Source of the DNA: an uncultured Gammaproteobacteria bacterium
Lineage (GTDB): Bacteria; Patescibacteriota; Microgenomatia; UBA1406; HO2-37-13b
Direction of reading: 5' to 3'
DNA: 64,000 bases
Assembly: GCA_964413645.1 (NCBI GenBank)
Contig: CAYPSA010000001.1
Location: 72,389 to 136,388 of the forward strand
Made by a program: the position numbers and the translations under genes. This document shows positions 8,035 through 16,076 of the stretch, piece after piece (position 1 is the stretch's first letter; every line of letters starts with the position of its first letter). The notes below the pieces were generated by a model, which was not told where the DNA came from, made no database searches, and saw only the letters and a program-made list of their open reading frames with translations.

Positions 8035-9243
8035 ATGTTCAATACACAACAAACAAAAAAGGATTTCCCAATTTTCACTAAAAACCCTGATCTGGTCTAT
8101 TTAGATTCTACTGCAACTTCACTTAAACCCCGAGTGGTTCTTGATAAACTGAATGAGTACTACACGCAATACTCTTCCAATATTCATCGTGGAATTTACG
8201 ACATTGCCGAAAAAGCCACGGCAGAATATGAATTGGCCCGGCAAAAAGTTGCAGGTTTTATTCACGCTTCACCAGAAGAAGTGATTTTTACATCCGGAAC
8301 TACTGATTCCATCAATCTTCTTGCGTCGAGTTTGGGAGAGGAAGTCGGGGCCGGTGATGAAATTTGTGTAACGATTGCTGATCATCATTCAAATTTTGTT
8401 CCGTGGCAACAACTGGCGCTTAAAAAAGGAGCAACGTTTAAAGCTCTGCCTGTCGAAGACGTCATTCTGAGCGTAGCGAAGAATCTAGGTGTTAGGACCA
8501 AAATTCTGGCCCTTCCCCTCATTTCCAACACCCTCGGTACCATTTTCCCAATTAAAGAAATTGCTCTTCAAGCTCGAAAAATAAATCCTGACATATGTGT
8601 AATTGTAGACGCTGCGCAAAGCGTTCCTCATAGAGCAATCAACGTTCAGAGTCTGGGAGCTGACTTTGTTGCTTTTTCAGGGCATAAAATGGTAGGTCCA
8701 ACAGGTATTGGAGTATTGTGGGGTCGACGGGATATTTTGGATCGTATGCCACCCTATAAATTCGGTGGGGAAATGATCGAATCTGTTTCGGTAGAAAAAA
8801 CAACTTTTAACTCGCTTCCTCATAAGTTTGAAGCAGGGACTCCACCGATAGCTCAGGCCATAGGACTCGGGGCAGCGGTCGACTATTTGCAGAGTGTAGG
8901 GATGGAGAAAATTGAGAAACATGAAAAAGCTCTCACTTCATTTGCTCGACAGGAGCTGGAGAGAGAGTTTGGCGAGAAAATTACCATCTACGGTCCAAGT
9001 GCAGGCGAAGACAGAGGGGGATTGCTTTCATTTACATTCGGAAATTATCATGCACATGATGTTGCTCAAATTCTTTCTGAGGATAATGTCGCTGTTCGAG
9101 CGGGTAACCATTGTACTATGCCATTACATACGGCTCTTGGTGTTGTAGCAACAGTCCGTGCAAGTTTTTATATGTATAATGACGAATCCGACGTTAAAAA
9201 ACTTGTTACCAGTTTACATAAAGTTACCAACCTCTTAGGTTGA
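8035..9243 (+). CDS. sufS: Cysteine desulfurase SufS (class V aminotransferase)
   Basis: FSGHKMVGPTGIG (PLP Lys), RAGNHCTMPLH (catalytic Cys); ATG 8035 preferred to GTG 8020 (after sufD stop, GGAG 7 nt upstream); repeat unit in frame at 8461-8493. Confidence 0.93.
   Translation: MFNTQQTKKDFPIFTKNPDLVYLDSTATSLKPRVVLDKLNEYYTQYSSNIHRGIYDIAEKATAEYELARQKVAGFIHASPEEVIFTSGTTDSINLLASSLGEEVGAGDEICVTIADHHSNFVPWQQLALKKGATFKALPVEDVILSVAKNLGVRTKILALPLISNTLGTIFPIKEIALQARKINPDICVIVDAAQSVPHRAINVQSLGADFVAFSGHKMVGPTGIGVLWGRRDILDRMPPYKFGGEMIESVSVEKTTFNSLPHKFEAGTPPIAQAIGLGAAVDYLQSVGMEKIEKHEKALTSFARQELEREFGEKITIYGPSAGEDRGGLLSFTFGNYHAHDVAQILSEDNVAVRAGNHCTMPLHTALGVVATVRASFYMYNDESDVKKLVTSLHKVTNLLG
8461..8493 (+). 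repeat. Family A unit in frame inside sufS
   Basis: gtcATTCTGAgcgtagcGAAGAATctaggtgtt; translated VILSVAKNLGV. Confidence 0.9.
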
Positions 9244-9271
9244 CAGTGCCTGTTCAACCTCTTAGGTTGCC
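9227..9271. repeat. Twin 15-nt palindrome repeat (family B), copy 2
   Basis: Palindromes CAACCTCTTAGGTTG at 9228-9242 and 9255-9269 with CAGTGC linker; the first supplies the sufS C-terminus NLLG and TGA. Confidence 0.9.
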
Positions 9272-9330
9272 ACCTTTGTCATTCTGAGCGGTACCTTTGT
9301 CATTCTGAGCGGAGCGAAGAATCTCCGTAT
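9272..9330 (+). repeat. Family A: 21-bp tandem duplication of the left end followed by a complete unit
   Basis: acctttgtcattctgagcggt / acctttgtcATTCTGAgcggagcGAAGAATctccgtat. Confidence 0.9.
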
Positions 9331-9340
9331 AACAAAAAAT

Positions 9341-9700
9341 ATGTCATCAATTTACCAAGAAATCATTCTCGATCACTACAAATCCCCGCATAATTACGGT
9401 GATCTTCCCGACGCTTCGTGTGCAATTCACATCGATAACCCTAGTTGTGGTGATAAAATTCACTTAAGCGGCACCATAAAAAACGGCACGCTTACCGATG
9501 TTGCATTTACTGGACAAGGCTGTGCAATTTCAATCGCCTCTTCATCTTTGCTCACCGATTACATAAAAGGTAAAAAAGTTTCCGATTTGAAAAAACTTGA
9601 TACATCAATTATCTTAGAGTTGTTGGGAATCGAACTTTCTCCAAATCGTCTTAAATGTGCGCTGCTTCCCCTTGAAGCACTCTCAAAATTGATCAAGTAG
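9341..9700 (+). CDS. sufU: SufU/IscU-type Fe-S scaffold or sulfur acceptor
   Basis: 119 aa; NPSCGD, GQGCAIS, LKCALLP conserved Cys ligands. Confidence 0.85.
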   Translation: MSSIYQEIILDHYKSPHNYGDLPDASCAIHIDNPSCGDKIHLSGTIKNGTLTDVAFTGQGCAISIASSSLLTDYIKGKKVSDLKKLDTSIILELLGIELSPNRLKCALLPLEALSKLIK

Positions 9701-9803
9701 ATTATTCACATCTTCTACGTAGCATATAATAATTGCCTCAGTTATAAGTAAGAACAATTTCCTCCTCCTTGATCTCACCTCTCAAAAACAGTACAAATAA
9801 TAC

Positions 9804-11570
9804 ATGTCTCATTTTCTGTGGAAAATTGGGGGTCAGGCAGGGTTTGGTGTCATGACGACTGGATTGTCATTTTCCAAAATTGCCACAAAAGTTGGCTACC
9901 ATATTTTCGATTGTTTTGAATATCCTTCGCTCATTCGAGGCGGGCATAATACGTATGATGTCATTCTCTCGCCGGAACCTGTGCACGCAATACAGCACGA
10001 CATTAATGTTCTTGTTTGTTTGAATAAAGAAACTTTTGAGCTCCACAAACACCGTCTCACTAAGGATTCAATTGTCATTTACGACGAGAATAGCTTCACG
10101 CCTTCCGAGAGTGGCTATAAGATAATTCATCTTCCTTTTAAAACAATGCTATTTGAAAATAAGGCATCTATGGTTATGGAAAATAATATTGCACTTGGAT
10201 GCTCTTTAGCAGTCCTAGACTGGCCGTATCAGATCCTCGATGATATGATCGAGCAAACATTCGCCGATAAAGGAGCTTCGGTTGTTTCTTTAAATAAAAA
10301 AATCTCTAAACTCGCATATGATTACGTCATAAAAAATCACGGCGATTTCATTATCCACGACTTTCCTGTTCTTAAAAAAACTGAACCAAAAATTGTCCTT
10401 ACTGGAAATGACGCATTTGCATATGGCGCTATTGCTGCCGATTGTCGACTATACGCTGCCTACCCCATGACTCCTTCCTCAACCGTTCTTACCACGCTTG
10501 CAGCGCATGCTCAAAAAACGGGCATGGTTGTGCGTCATGCTGAAGATGAAATATCAGTTATTAATACTGCGCTAGGAGCGAGTACTGCCGGTGTTCGCGC
10601 GGCTTGTGGAACATCGGGCGGAGGATTTGCGCTTATGGTTGAATCAATTTCATTTGCAGGAATTGCAGAAATCCCACTGGTTATTTTTATGAGTCAGCGT
10701 CCGGGACCAGCTACCGGACTGCCCAGTTGGACAGAACAAGGGGATTTGCTGTTTACCGTTCATGCAGGGCACGGGGAATTTCCAAAAATTGTACTAGCTC
10801 CCGGGGACCCATACGAAATGTACGCATTAACATTAAAAGCATTTGATTTAGCCGACTATTATCAAACGCCAGTTATTGTGCTGTCAGATAAACATCTTTC
10901 AGAAAGTAATATGAGTATTAATCACCTCGACCTTAAGCTCCTTAACAGAGCATATTCGCCTGATTCTGGAAAGCTCATTTGGAAAGCTAATCACTATCAA
11001 CGCTATGCCGATGTTCCCGATGGAATTTCCCCCCGCCTGGTTCCTGGATACCCCGGACAGTTTTATCAAGTGAATTCGTATGAGCATACAGCAGATAGCC
11101 ATACTACTGAAGATGCTCAAGAGAGAGTTATCCAAGTTAACAAGAGAAACAGAAAAACACAAACATATTTAGCAAAACATTTTGCTATGCCCGAAATTTT
11201 TGGTGATATAAATAAATCTGAAATTGTTTTTGTTTCATGGGGCAGTAATAAGGGGGCGATTTTGGAAGCACAGCGCATTTTAGCGGGCAAAGGAGAGAAA
11301 ACTGCGTTTATTCATTTCACCCACGTGTTTCCACTTGATGAGAGCAGGGTTGCCGCGCTCTTTATATTAAAGAAGAGATTCATTTTGATTGAAAATAATA
11401 GTCAGGGTCAGTTCGCCAAGCTCCTACGTGAGCAAACGGGTGTACATCTGAAAGAAAAAATTCTCAAGTACAACGGCCGCCAAATCCATGTTGAAGAAAT
11501 TGTTGATTACATTATTCCGGACTCCTCTGTCACTCTGAGCAGAGCGAAGAGTCTAGGTGTTAAACCATGA
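9804..11570 (+). CDS. 2-oxoacid:ferredoxin oxidoreductase, alpha (gamma-alpha fused) subunit
   Basis: 588 aa; GGQAGFGVMT N-terminus, YPMTPSS motif; 4-nt overlap with beta subunit gene; C-terminal 13 aa repeat-derived. Confidence 0.85.
   Translation: MSHFLWKIGGQAGFGVMTTGLSFSKIATKVGYHIFDCFEYPSLIRGGHNTYDVILSPEPVHAIQHDINVLVCLNKETFELHKHRLTKDSIVIYDENSFTPSESGYKIIHLPFKTMLFENKASMVMENNIALGCSLAVLDWPYQILDDMIEQTFADKGASVVSLNKKISKLAYDYVIKNHGDFIIHDFPVLKKTEPKIVLTGNDAFAYGAIAADCRLYAAYPMTPSSTVLTTLAAHAQKTGMVVRHAEDEISVINTALGASTAGVRAACGTSGGGFALMVESISFAGIAEIPLVIFMSQRPGPATGLPSWTEQGDLLFTVHAGHGEFPKIVLAPGDPYEMYALTLKAFDLADYYQTPVIVLSDKHLSESNMSINHLDLKLLNRAYSPDSGKLIWKANHYQRYADVPDGISPRLVPGYPGQFYQVNSYEHTADSHTTEDAQERVIQVNKRNRKTQTYLAKHFAMPEIFGDINKSEIVFVSWGSNKGAILEAQRILAGKGEKTAFIHFTHVFPLDESRVAALFILKKRFILIENNSQGQFAKLLREQTGVHLKEKILKYNGRQIHVEEIVDYIIPDSSVTLSRAKSLGVKP
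11529..11561 (+). repeat. Family A unit inside the 3' end of the oxidoreductase alpha gene
   Basis: gtcACTCTGAgcagagcGAAGAGTctaggtgtt; translated VTLSRAKSLGV. Confidence 0.9.
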
Positions 11571-12430
11571 AAACCATTCCATCAAAATACGAACAATTCA
11601 CGGGGTATTCACCCACCTGGTGCCCGGGGTGTGGAAACTGGGCCATTGGCGCCGTCATAAAGAGAGCATTGACTGATATTGGACTAAATCCTTCCAGTAT
11701 TTTCGTTTCATTCGGAATCGGTTGTTCAGGAAATATGAATGATTTTTTGAATGCCTATGCAATCCACGGACTTCATGGTCGCGCAATTCCTACGGCGATT
11801 GGTTTTAAACTTGCCAATCACAAAATGCCCGTTTTGGTAATTGCTGGGGACGGCGACTGTTTTGGTGAAGGAGGCAATCATTTTCTGCATGCAGCTCGGG
11901 GAAATCATGATATCACTATCATTACGCACGATAATAGTGTGTATGGGCTCACTACGGGCCAAGCTGCTCCAACTGCTAATAAAGGGTATGTTTCCAAGTC
12001 GACACCTTTTGGGCTTATTGAAACACCCTTAAATCCGCTTGCACTGGCAATTAGTCAGGGAGCTACATTTGCAGCACAGGGATACGCGTCAAAAGTTTCC
12101 GAGCTCCGGGGGCTCGTAAAGAAAGCCATGCAGCACAAAGGTTTTTCCATCGTCAATATTCTGCAACCGTGCGTTACTTTTAATCATTACAACACCTATG
12201 ATTATTACGATTCTAAAACGTACCTTTTAAGCAAAAAACACGATCCAAAAAACCAAACTTTGGCTCTCAAACGAGCAATGGAAGCCACTATGATTGAACG
12301 TTTTCCGTTGGGAATTTTGTACAACGTAAAACGCCCAGCATTTCATGAACAGCTTCCACAATTGGCTCAAGAAACGCTGTTGAAAAGGGAGAGATTTACT
12401 GGAATCGACGAAATACTCTTTTCCTCTTGA
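11567..12430 (+). CDS. 2-oxoacid:ferredoxin oxidoreductase, beta (TPP-binding) subunit
   Basis: TWCPGCGNW and GDGDCFGEGGNHF TPP/Fe-S motifs. Confidence 0.85.
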   Translation: MKTIPSKYEQFTGYSPTWCPGCGNWAIGAVIKRALTDIGLNPSSIFVSFGIGCSGNMNDFLNAYAIHGLHGRAIPTAIGFKLANHKMPVLVIAGDGDCFGEGGNHFLHAARGNHDITIITHDNSVYGLTTGQAAPTANKGYVSKSTPFGLIETPLNPLALAISQGATFAAQGYASKVSELRGLVKKAMQHKGFSIVNILQPCVTFNHYNTYDYYDSKTYLLSKKHDPKNQTLALKRAMEATMIERFPLGILYNVKRPAFHEQLPQLAQETLLKRERFTGIDEILFSS

Positions 12431-12455
12431 CTTTTAGCAAACCCATTGCTATACT
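12427..12455 (+). promoter_or_regulatory. lon promoter
   Basis: TTGACT-17 nt-TATACT, 11 nt before ATG 12467. Confidence 0.7.
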
Positions 12456-12466
12456 GCTAACTACCT

Positions 12467-14896
12467 ATGAAAATTCCTGGTATTTCTGGCGAAAAAATGT
12501 ACCCCATTGTGCCTGTTCGTGATGGAATTGTGTTTCCGGGTGCCGAACAAGTTCTCCTGTTTGGACGATCAAAAAGTATCCTTGCAATCGATGAAGCGTT
12601 AAAGCGTGATAAGAAAATTATCTTGTTAATGCAAAAGAACCCCGATGTTAACGATCCGAAACCAGAAGATCTGCATCAAATCGGTGTTTTGGCTACTATT
12701 GAAAAAATGCTCAAAGGCGAACGTGGTGAAGTCAGTGCATTGGTTCGTGGAGAAACGCGAATTAAAGTTGAAACGTTTCATGTACACGGCGACTTGTTCG
12801 AGGCTGAGCTCAAATACTTACCTGAAGCAATTCTTGAACCCGCAACGACCAGTCAAGTTGAGGCACTCGTTAAACACATTACCAGTGAACTTAAAAAAGC
12901 TGTTAATTTAGGAAAAGGTATTGAGTTCGTCTTCTTAATGAACATCATGAGTGGCGTATCGCCGCAAGAATTTTCAAATCATGTAGCGATGATTTTAGAT
13001 ATCAAGACTCCGGCTCGACAAAGACTCCTTGAAGAAGAAGACTTGTTAGTAAGACTTCAAAAAGAAGCAGAACTTATTACGAATGAAGTTAAAGTATTAG
13101 AAATTGAACATAGTATTTCCGTAAAAACCCAAAAGAAATTTGAAAAGGGAATGAAGGATGCAGTGCTTCGCGAGAAACTCAAGACAATCGAACAAGAACT
13201 TGGTGATGAAACTCCAGAAAACCGCGATATAAATGAGCTTCGAGCGAAACTCAAAAAAGCAAAAATGAACAAAGATGCCGAAGAAAAGGCATTCAAAGAG
13301 CTTGAACGACTTGCGCAAATGTCCCCATTTAACCCAGAGGCTTCATATATCCGTACCTATCTAGAGGTTATTGCCGATCTTCCATGGAGCGAAGCATCAA
13401 AAGGTGACGTTGATATTAAGAAAGCTGAAAAAGTACTTAATGCCGATCACTATGGTTTGAAAAAAGTAAAAGAACGTATCTTGGAATATCTCGCGGTCAT
13501 GAAGTTGAAAGAAATGTCTGAAAAATCCAAAGATTCAGCTGCAAAACAGCCTACGATTTTATGTTTTGTTGGACCTCCCGGCGTAGGTAAAACCTCTCTT
13601 GGACGTTCAATTGCCAAAGCGTTAGGTCGCAAATTTGTAAAAATGTCACTTGGAGGAATTCGTGATGAAGCAGAAATTCGTGGTCATCGCCGAACATATG
13701 TTGGTGCCATGCCCGGACGCATGATTCAGGGAATTCGACAAGCAAAAGTAAATAATCCAGTATTCATGCTCGATGAAATCGACAAAATCGGTGGTGATTA
13801 TCGTGGCGATCCATCTGCCGCTCTTTTAGAAGCACTTGATCCTGAACAAAATTTTGCATTTTCCGATCATTACCTAGAAGTTCCATTCGACCTTTCCGAT
13901 GTAATGTTTATTACTACTGCAAATATGCTTGATACCATTCCAGGACCGCTTCGCGATCGATTGGAAATCATTAATTTCTCAGGATATACTGCTGATGAAA
14001 AGTTCCATATTGCAAAAAATTACTTAACTAAAAAACAAACAGAAGCTCATGGACTTATCGATCATAAAGTTTCCATTGTTGATACCGCGCTTAAATCTAT
14101 TGCAAACGACTATACCCGCGAAGCCGGGGTTCGTGAACTTGAACGTCAAATTGCTACTATTATGCGAAAAGTAGCTCGCGACGTTCTTGAAAAAGGCAAA
14201 AAAACATATTCAATTAAACCCGCAGATCTTCATGGTTATTTGGGTCCTAAAAAATATTCTTCACAAGTTATTGAAGAAAAGGATGCGATTGGAATTGTTA
14301 ATGGTCTTGCGTGGACTCCCGTTGGGGGAGAGATCTTATTGATTGAAATCGCAATCATGCCAGGCAAAGGAAACTTGATTCTTACCGGTCACTTAGGTGA
14401 TGTTATGAAAGAATCTGCCCAAGCCGCATTAAGTTATATTCGTTCACGATTTGAAGTATTTGGTCTAAATGGTGATTTTTATAATTCTATCGATATTCAT
14501 ATTCACGTTCCCGAAGGAGCTGTTCCAAAAGATGGACCTTCGGCTGGTGTTGCAATTACAACCGCTATGATTTCAGCGCTTACAAAACTTCCGGTAAATC
14601 GTCAGGTTGCTATGACGGGCGAAATTACACTACGTGGACGAGTTCTGGAAATTGGAGGAGTAAAAGAGAAGGTTATTGCAGCTCATCGAGCGGGAATTAA
14701 AACGGTCTTGCTTCCTGCTGATAATAAAAAGGATCTTGAAGATTTACCAACGTTCGTAAAAGATGATGTAGCGTTTATATTTGTTTCTCATCTTGATGAT
14801 GCGCTTAAAAAAGCCCTCATTTTCCCCGGTGGTAAATTTAATTTTAGAAAACTTGAAAAAGTAGCAGTTTCAGCAGAAACTCCCGTTCTTAATTAA
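12467..14896 (+). CDS. lon: ATP-dependent Lon protease
   Basis: 809 aa; GPPGVGKTSLGRSIA Walker A, KDGPSAGVAITTAM catalytic Ser. Confidence 0.95.
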   Translation: MKIPGISGEKMYPIVPVRDGIVFPGAEQVLLFGRSKSILAIDEALKRDKKIILLMQKNPDVNDPKPEDLHQIGVLATIEKMLKGERGEVSALVRGETRIKVETFHVHGDLFEAELKYLPEAILEPATTSQVEALVKHITSELKKAVNLGKGIEFVFLMNIMSGVSPQEFSNHVAMILDIKTPARQRLLEEEDLLVRLQKEAELITNEVKVLEIEHSISVKTQKKFEKGMKDAVLREKLKTIEQELGDETPENRDINELRAKLKKAKMNKDAEEKAFKELERLAQMSPFNPEASYIRTYLEVIADLPWSEASKGDVDIKKAEKVLNADHYGLKKVKERILEYLAVMKLKEMSEKSKDSAAKQPTILCFVGPPGVGKTSLGRSIAKALGRKFVKMSLGGIRDEAEIRGHRRTYVGAMPGRMIQGIRQAKVNNPVFMLDEIDKIGGDYRGDPSAALLEALDPEQNFAFSDHYLEVPFDLSDVMFITTANMLDTIPGPLRDRLEIINFSGYTADEKFHIAKNYLTKKQTEAHGLIDHKVSIVDTALKSIANDYTREAGVRELERQIATIMRKVARDVLEKGKKTYSIKPADLHGYLGPKKYSSQVIEEKDAIGIVNGLAWTPVGGEILLIEIAIMPGKGNLILTGHLGDVMKESAQAALSYIRSRFEVFGLNGDFYNSIDIHIHVPEGAVPKDGPSAGVAITTAMISALTKLPVNRQVAMTGEITLRGRVLEIGGVKEKVIAAHRAGIKTVLLPADNKKDLEDLPTFVKDDVAFIFVSHLDDALKKALIFPGGKFNFRKLEKVAVSAETPVLN

Positions 14897-14899
14897 TTA

Positions 14900-14941
14900 G
14901 CCTAAGAGGTTGGATGTGCCTAGCCAAGCCCGCAGGTTGTC
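14900..14941 (+). repeat. Half family-B palindrome and 27-nt family-C motif
   Basis: gcctaagaggttgg and tgtgcctagccaagcccgcaggttgtc; the latter matches 48251-48277 at 23 of 27 positions. Confidence 0.7.
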
Positions 14942-14972
14942 AAAATAACTGGGTTTGATACCCTTTTTACCA

Positions 14973-15001
14973 TTGACTTCTTTATGCCTATTGTCTAAAA
15001 T
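14973..15001 (+). promoter_or_regulatory. Promoter of the DsbA-like gene
   Basis: TTGACT-17 nt-TAAAAT, 9 nt before ATG 15011. Confidence 0.7.
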
Positions 15002-15010
15002 GAACGTATT

Positions 15011-15805
15011 ATGGCACAAAAAAATGTAACGATTCCGCTTAACCAGAACACTATTCTCGTCGTCGCGTTAATCATTATGGCTTTCTTCGCAGGATACCTA
15101 TTCAATAAGAATAAGGCATTAGAAGAGAAAGCAAAAGTAGCAGTTGCTCCTGAAGCTCAAGAACAAAAGGCCGCTCCAATTTCAGCAGAAAAAGTAAATA
15201 AACTATTTGAAAAGGGATTTATTACTTTAGGAGATAAGAATGCAAAGATAAAATTTGTAGAAGTTTCTGATCCAAGCTGTCCTTACTGCCACGTAGCAGC
15301 TGGAAAAAATCCAGAACTTGCAGGTTCGGTTGGGCCACAATTTAAGTATGAATCTGAAGGTGGCACATACGTTCCTCCAGTTACCGAAATGCGAAAACTT
15401 GTAGAAGAAGGTAAAGCAGCATTTACCACCATTTATGCAAATGGACATGGAGCGGGAGAATTAGCAATGCAGGCGCTATATTGTGCTCATGATGATGGAA
15501 ATTTTTGGGAAGCACATGACATGCTTATGACAAACGCTGGTTACGAACTTATCAACAATGTCGTCAAAAACGATGTTGCAAATACAGGTAAGTTAGTCGA
15601 ATTCCTCGGTAACAAAATTAATGCTGCAAATGTAACCAAGTGTTTAACCGATAAAAAATATGTAGCACGTCTTACAACAGAACAACAACTTGCCATGGAC
15701 TTGGGTTTCCAAGGAACCCCATATTTCATCGTAAACACAACACCATTTGCGGGTGCATATAGCTACACCGACATCAAACCTACGGTTGATGGATTGTTGA
15801 AGTGA
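15011..15805 (+). CDS. Membrane-anchored DsbA-like thiol:disulfide oxidoreductase
   Basis: N-terminal TM helix and thioredoxin-fold CPYC motif; stop codon overlaps first unit of the repeat hotspot. Confidence 0.75.
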   Translation: MAQKNVTIPLNQNTILVVALIIMAFFAGYLFNKNKALEEKAKVAVAPEAQEQKAAPISAEKVNKLFEKGFITLGDKNAKIKFVEVSDPSCPYCHVAAGKNPELAGSVGPQFKYESEGGTYVPPVTEMRKLVEEGKAAFTTIYANGHGAGELAMQALYCAHDDGNFWEAHDMLMTNAGYELINNVVKNDVANTGKLVEFLGNKINAANVTKCLTDKKYVARLTTEQQLAMDLGFQGTPYFIVNTTPFAGAYSYTDIKPTVDGLLK

Positions 15806-16010
15806 CCCTGAGCTTGTCGAAGGGTCATCCTGAGCGACCCAGAGCATACGCGAGGGGAGTCGAAGGATCCCCGCTATCTGTCATTCTGAGCGCTTTGCCT
15901 GCCGCAGGTAGGTAGCGAAGAATCCCAATTGTGTCGTCGTACTTACGGCGCGAGATATCTGATCCGCCAGCTGGCGGAGAGACCATTTGACCTGCCTGCC
16001 GGCAGGCAGG
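15804..16010 (+). repeat. Repeat hotspot: three family A units with free-standing inner palindromes
   Basis: Units at 15804-15826, 15824-15870 and 15880-15925; hairpin gaTCCGCCagctGGCGGAgaga at 15961-15982; palindrome CCTGCCTGCCGGCAGGCAGG at 15991-16010. Confidence 0.9.
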
Positions 16011-16076
16011 GACTGCTACGCGGGCTCACTATGGTTGAGAATCACGATATCGAGCGGAGTATAAATCTTGAGGAGC

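Noticed and set aside
9701-9803. Intergenic region before the oxidoreductase genes (contains CCTCCTCC) as a riboswitch or ncRNA
   Set aside because: I could not find a convincing conserved helix or any known riboswitch core. It may simply hold a weak promoter.
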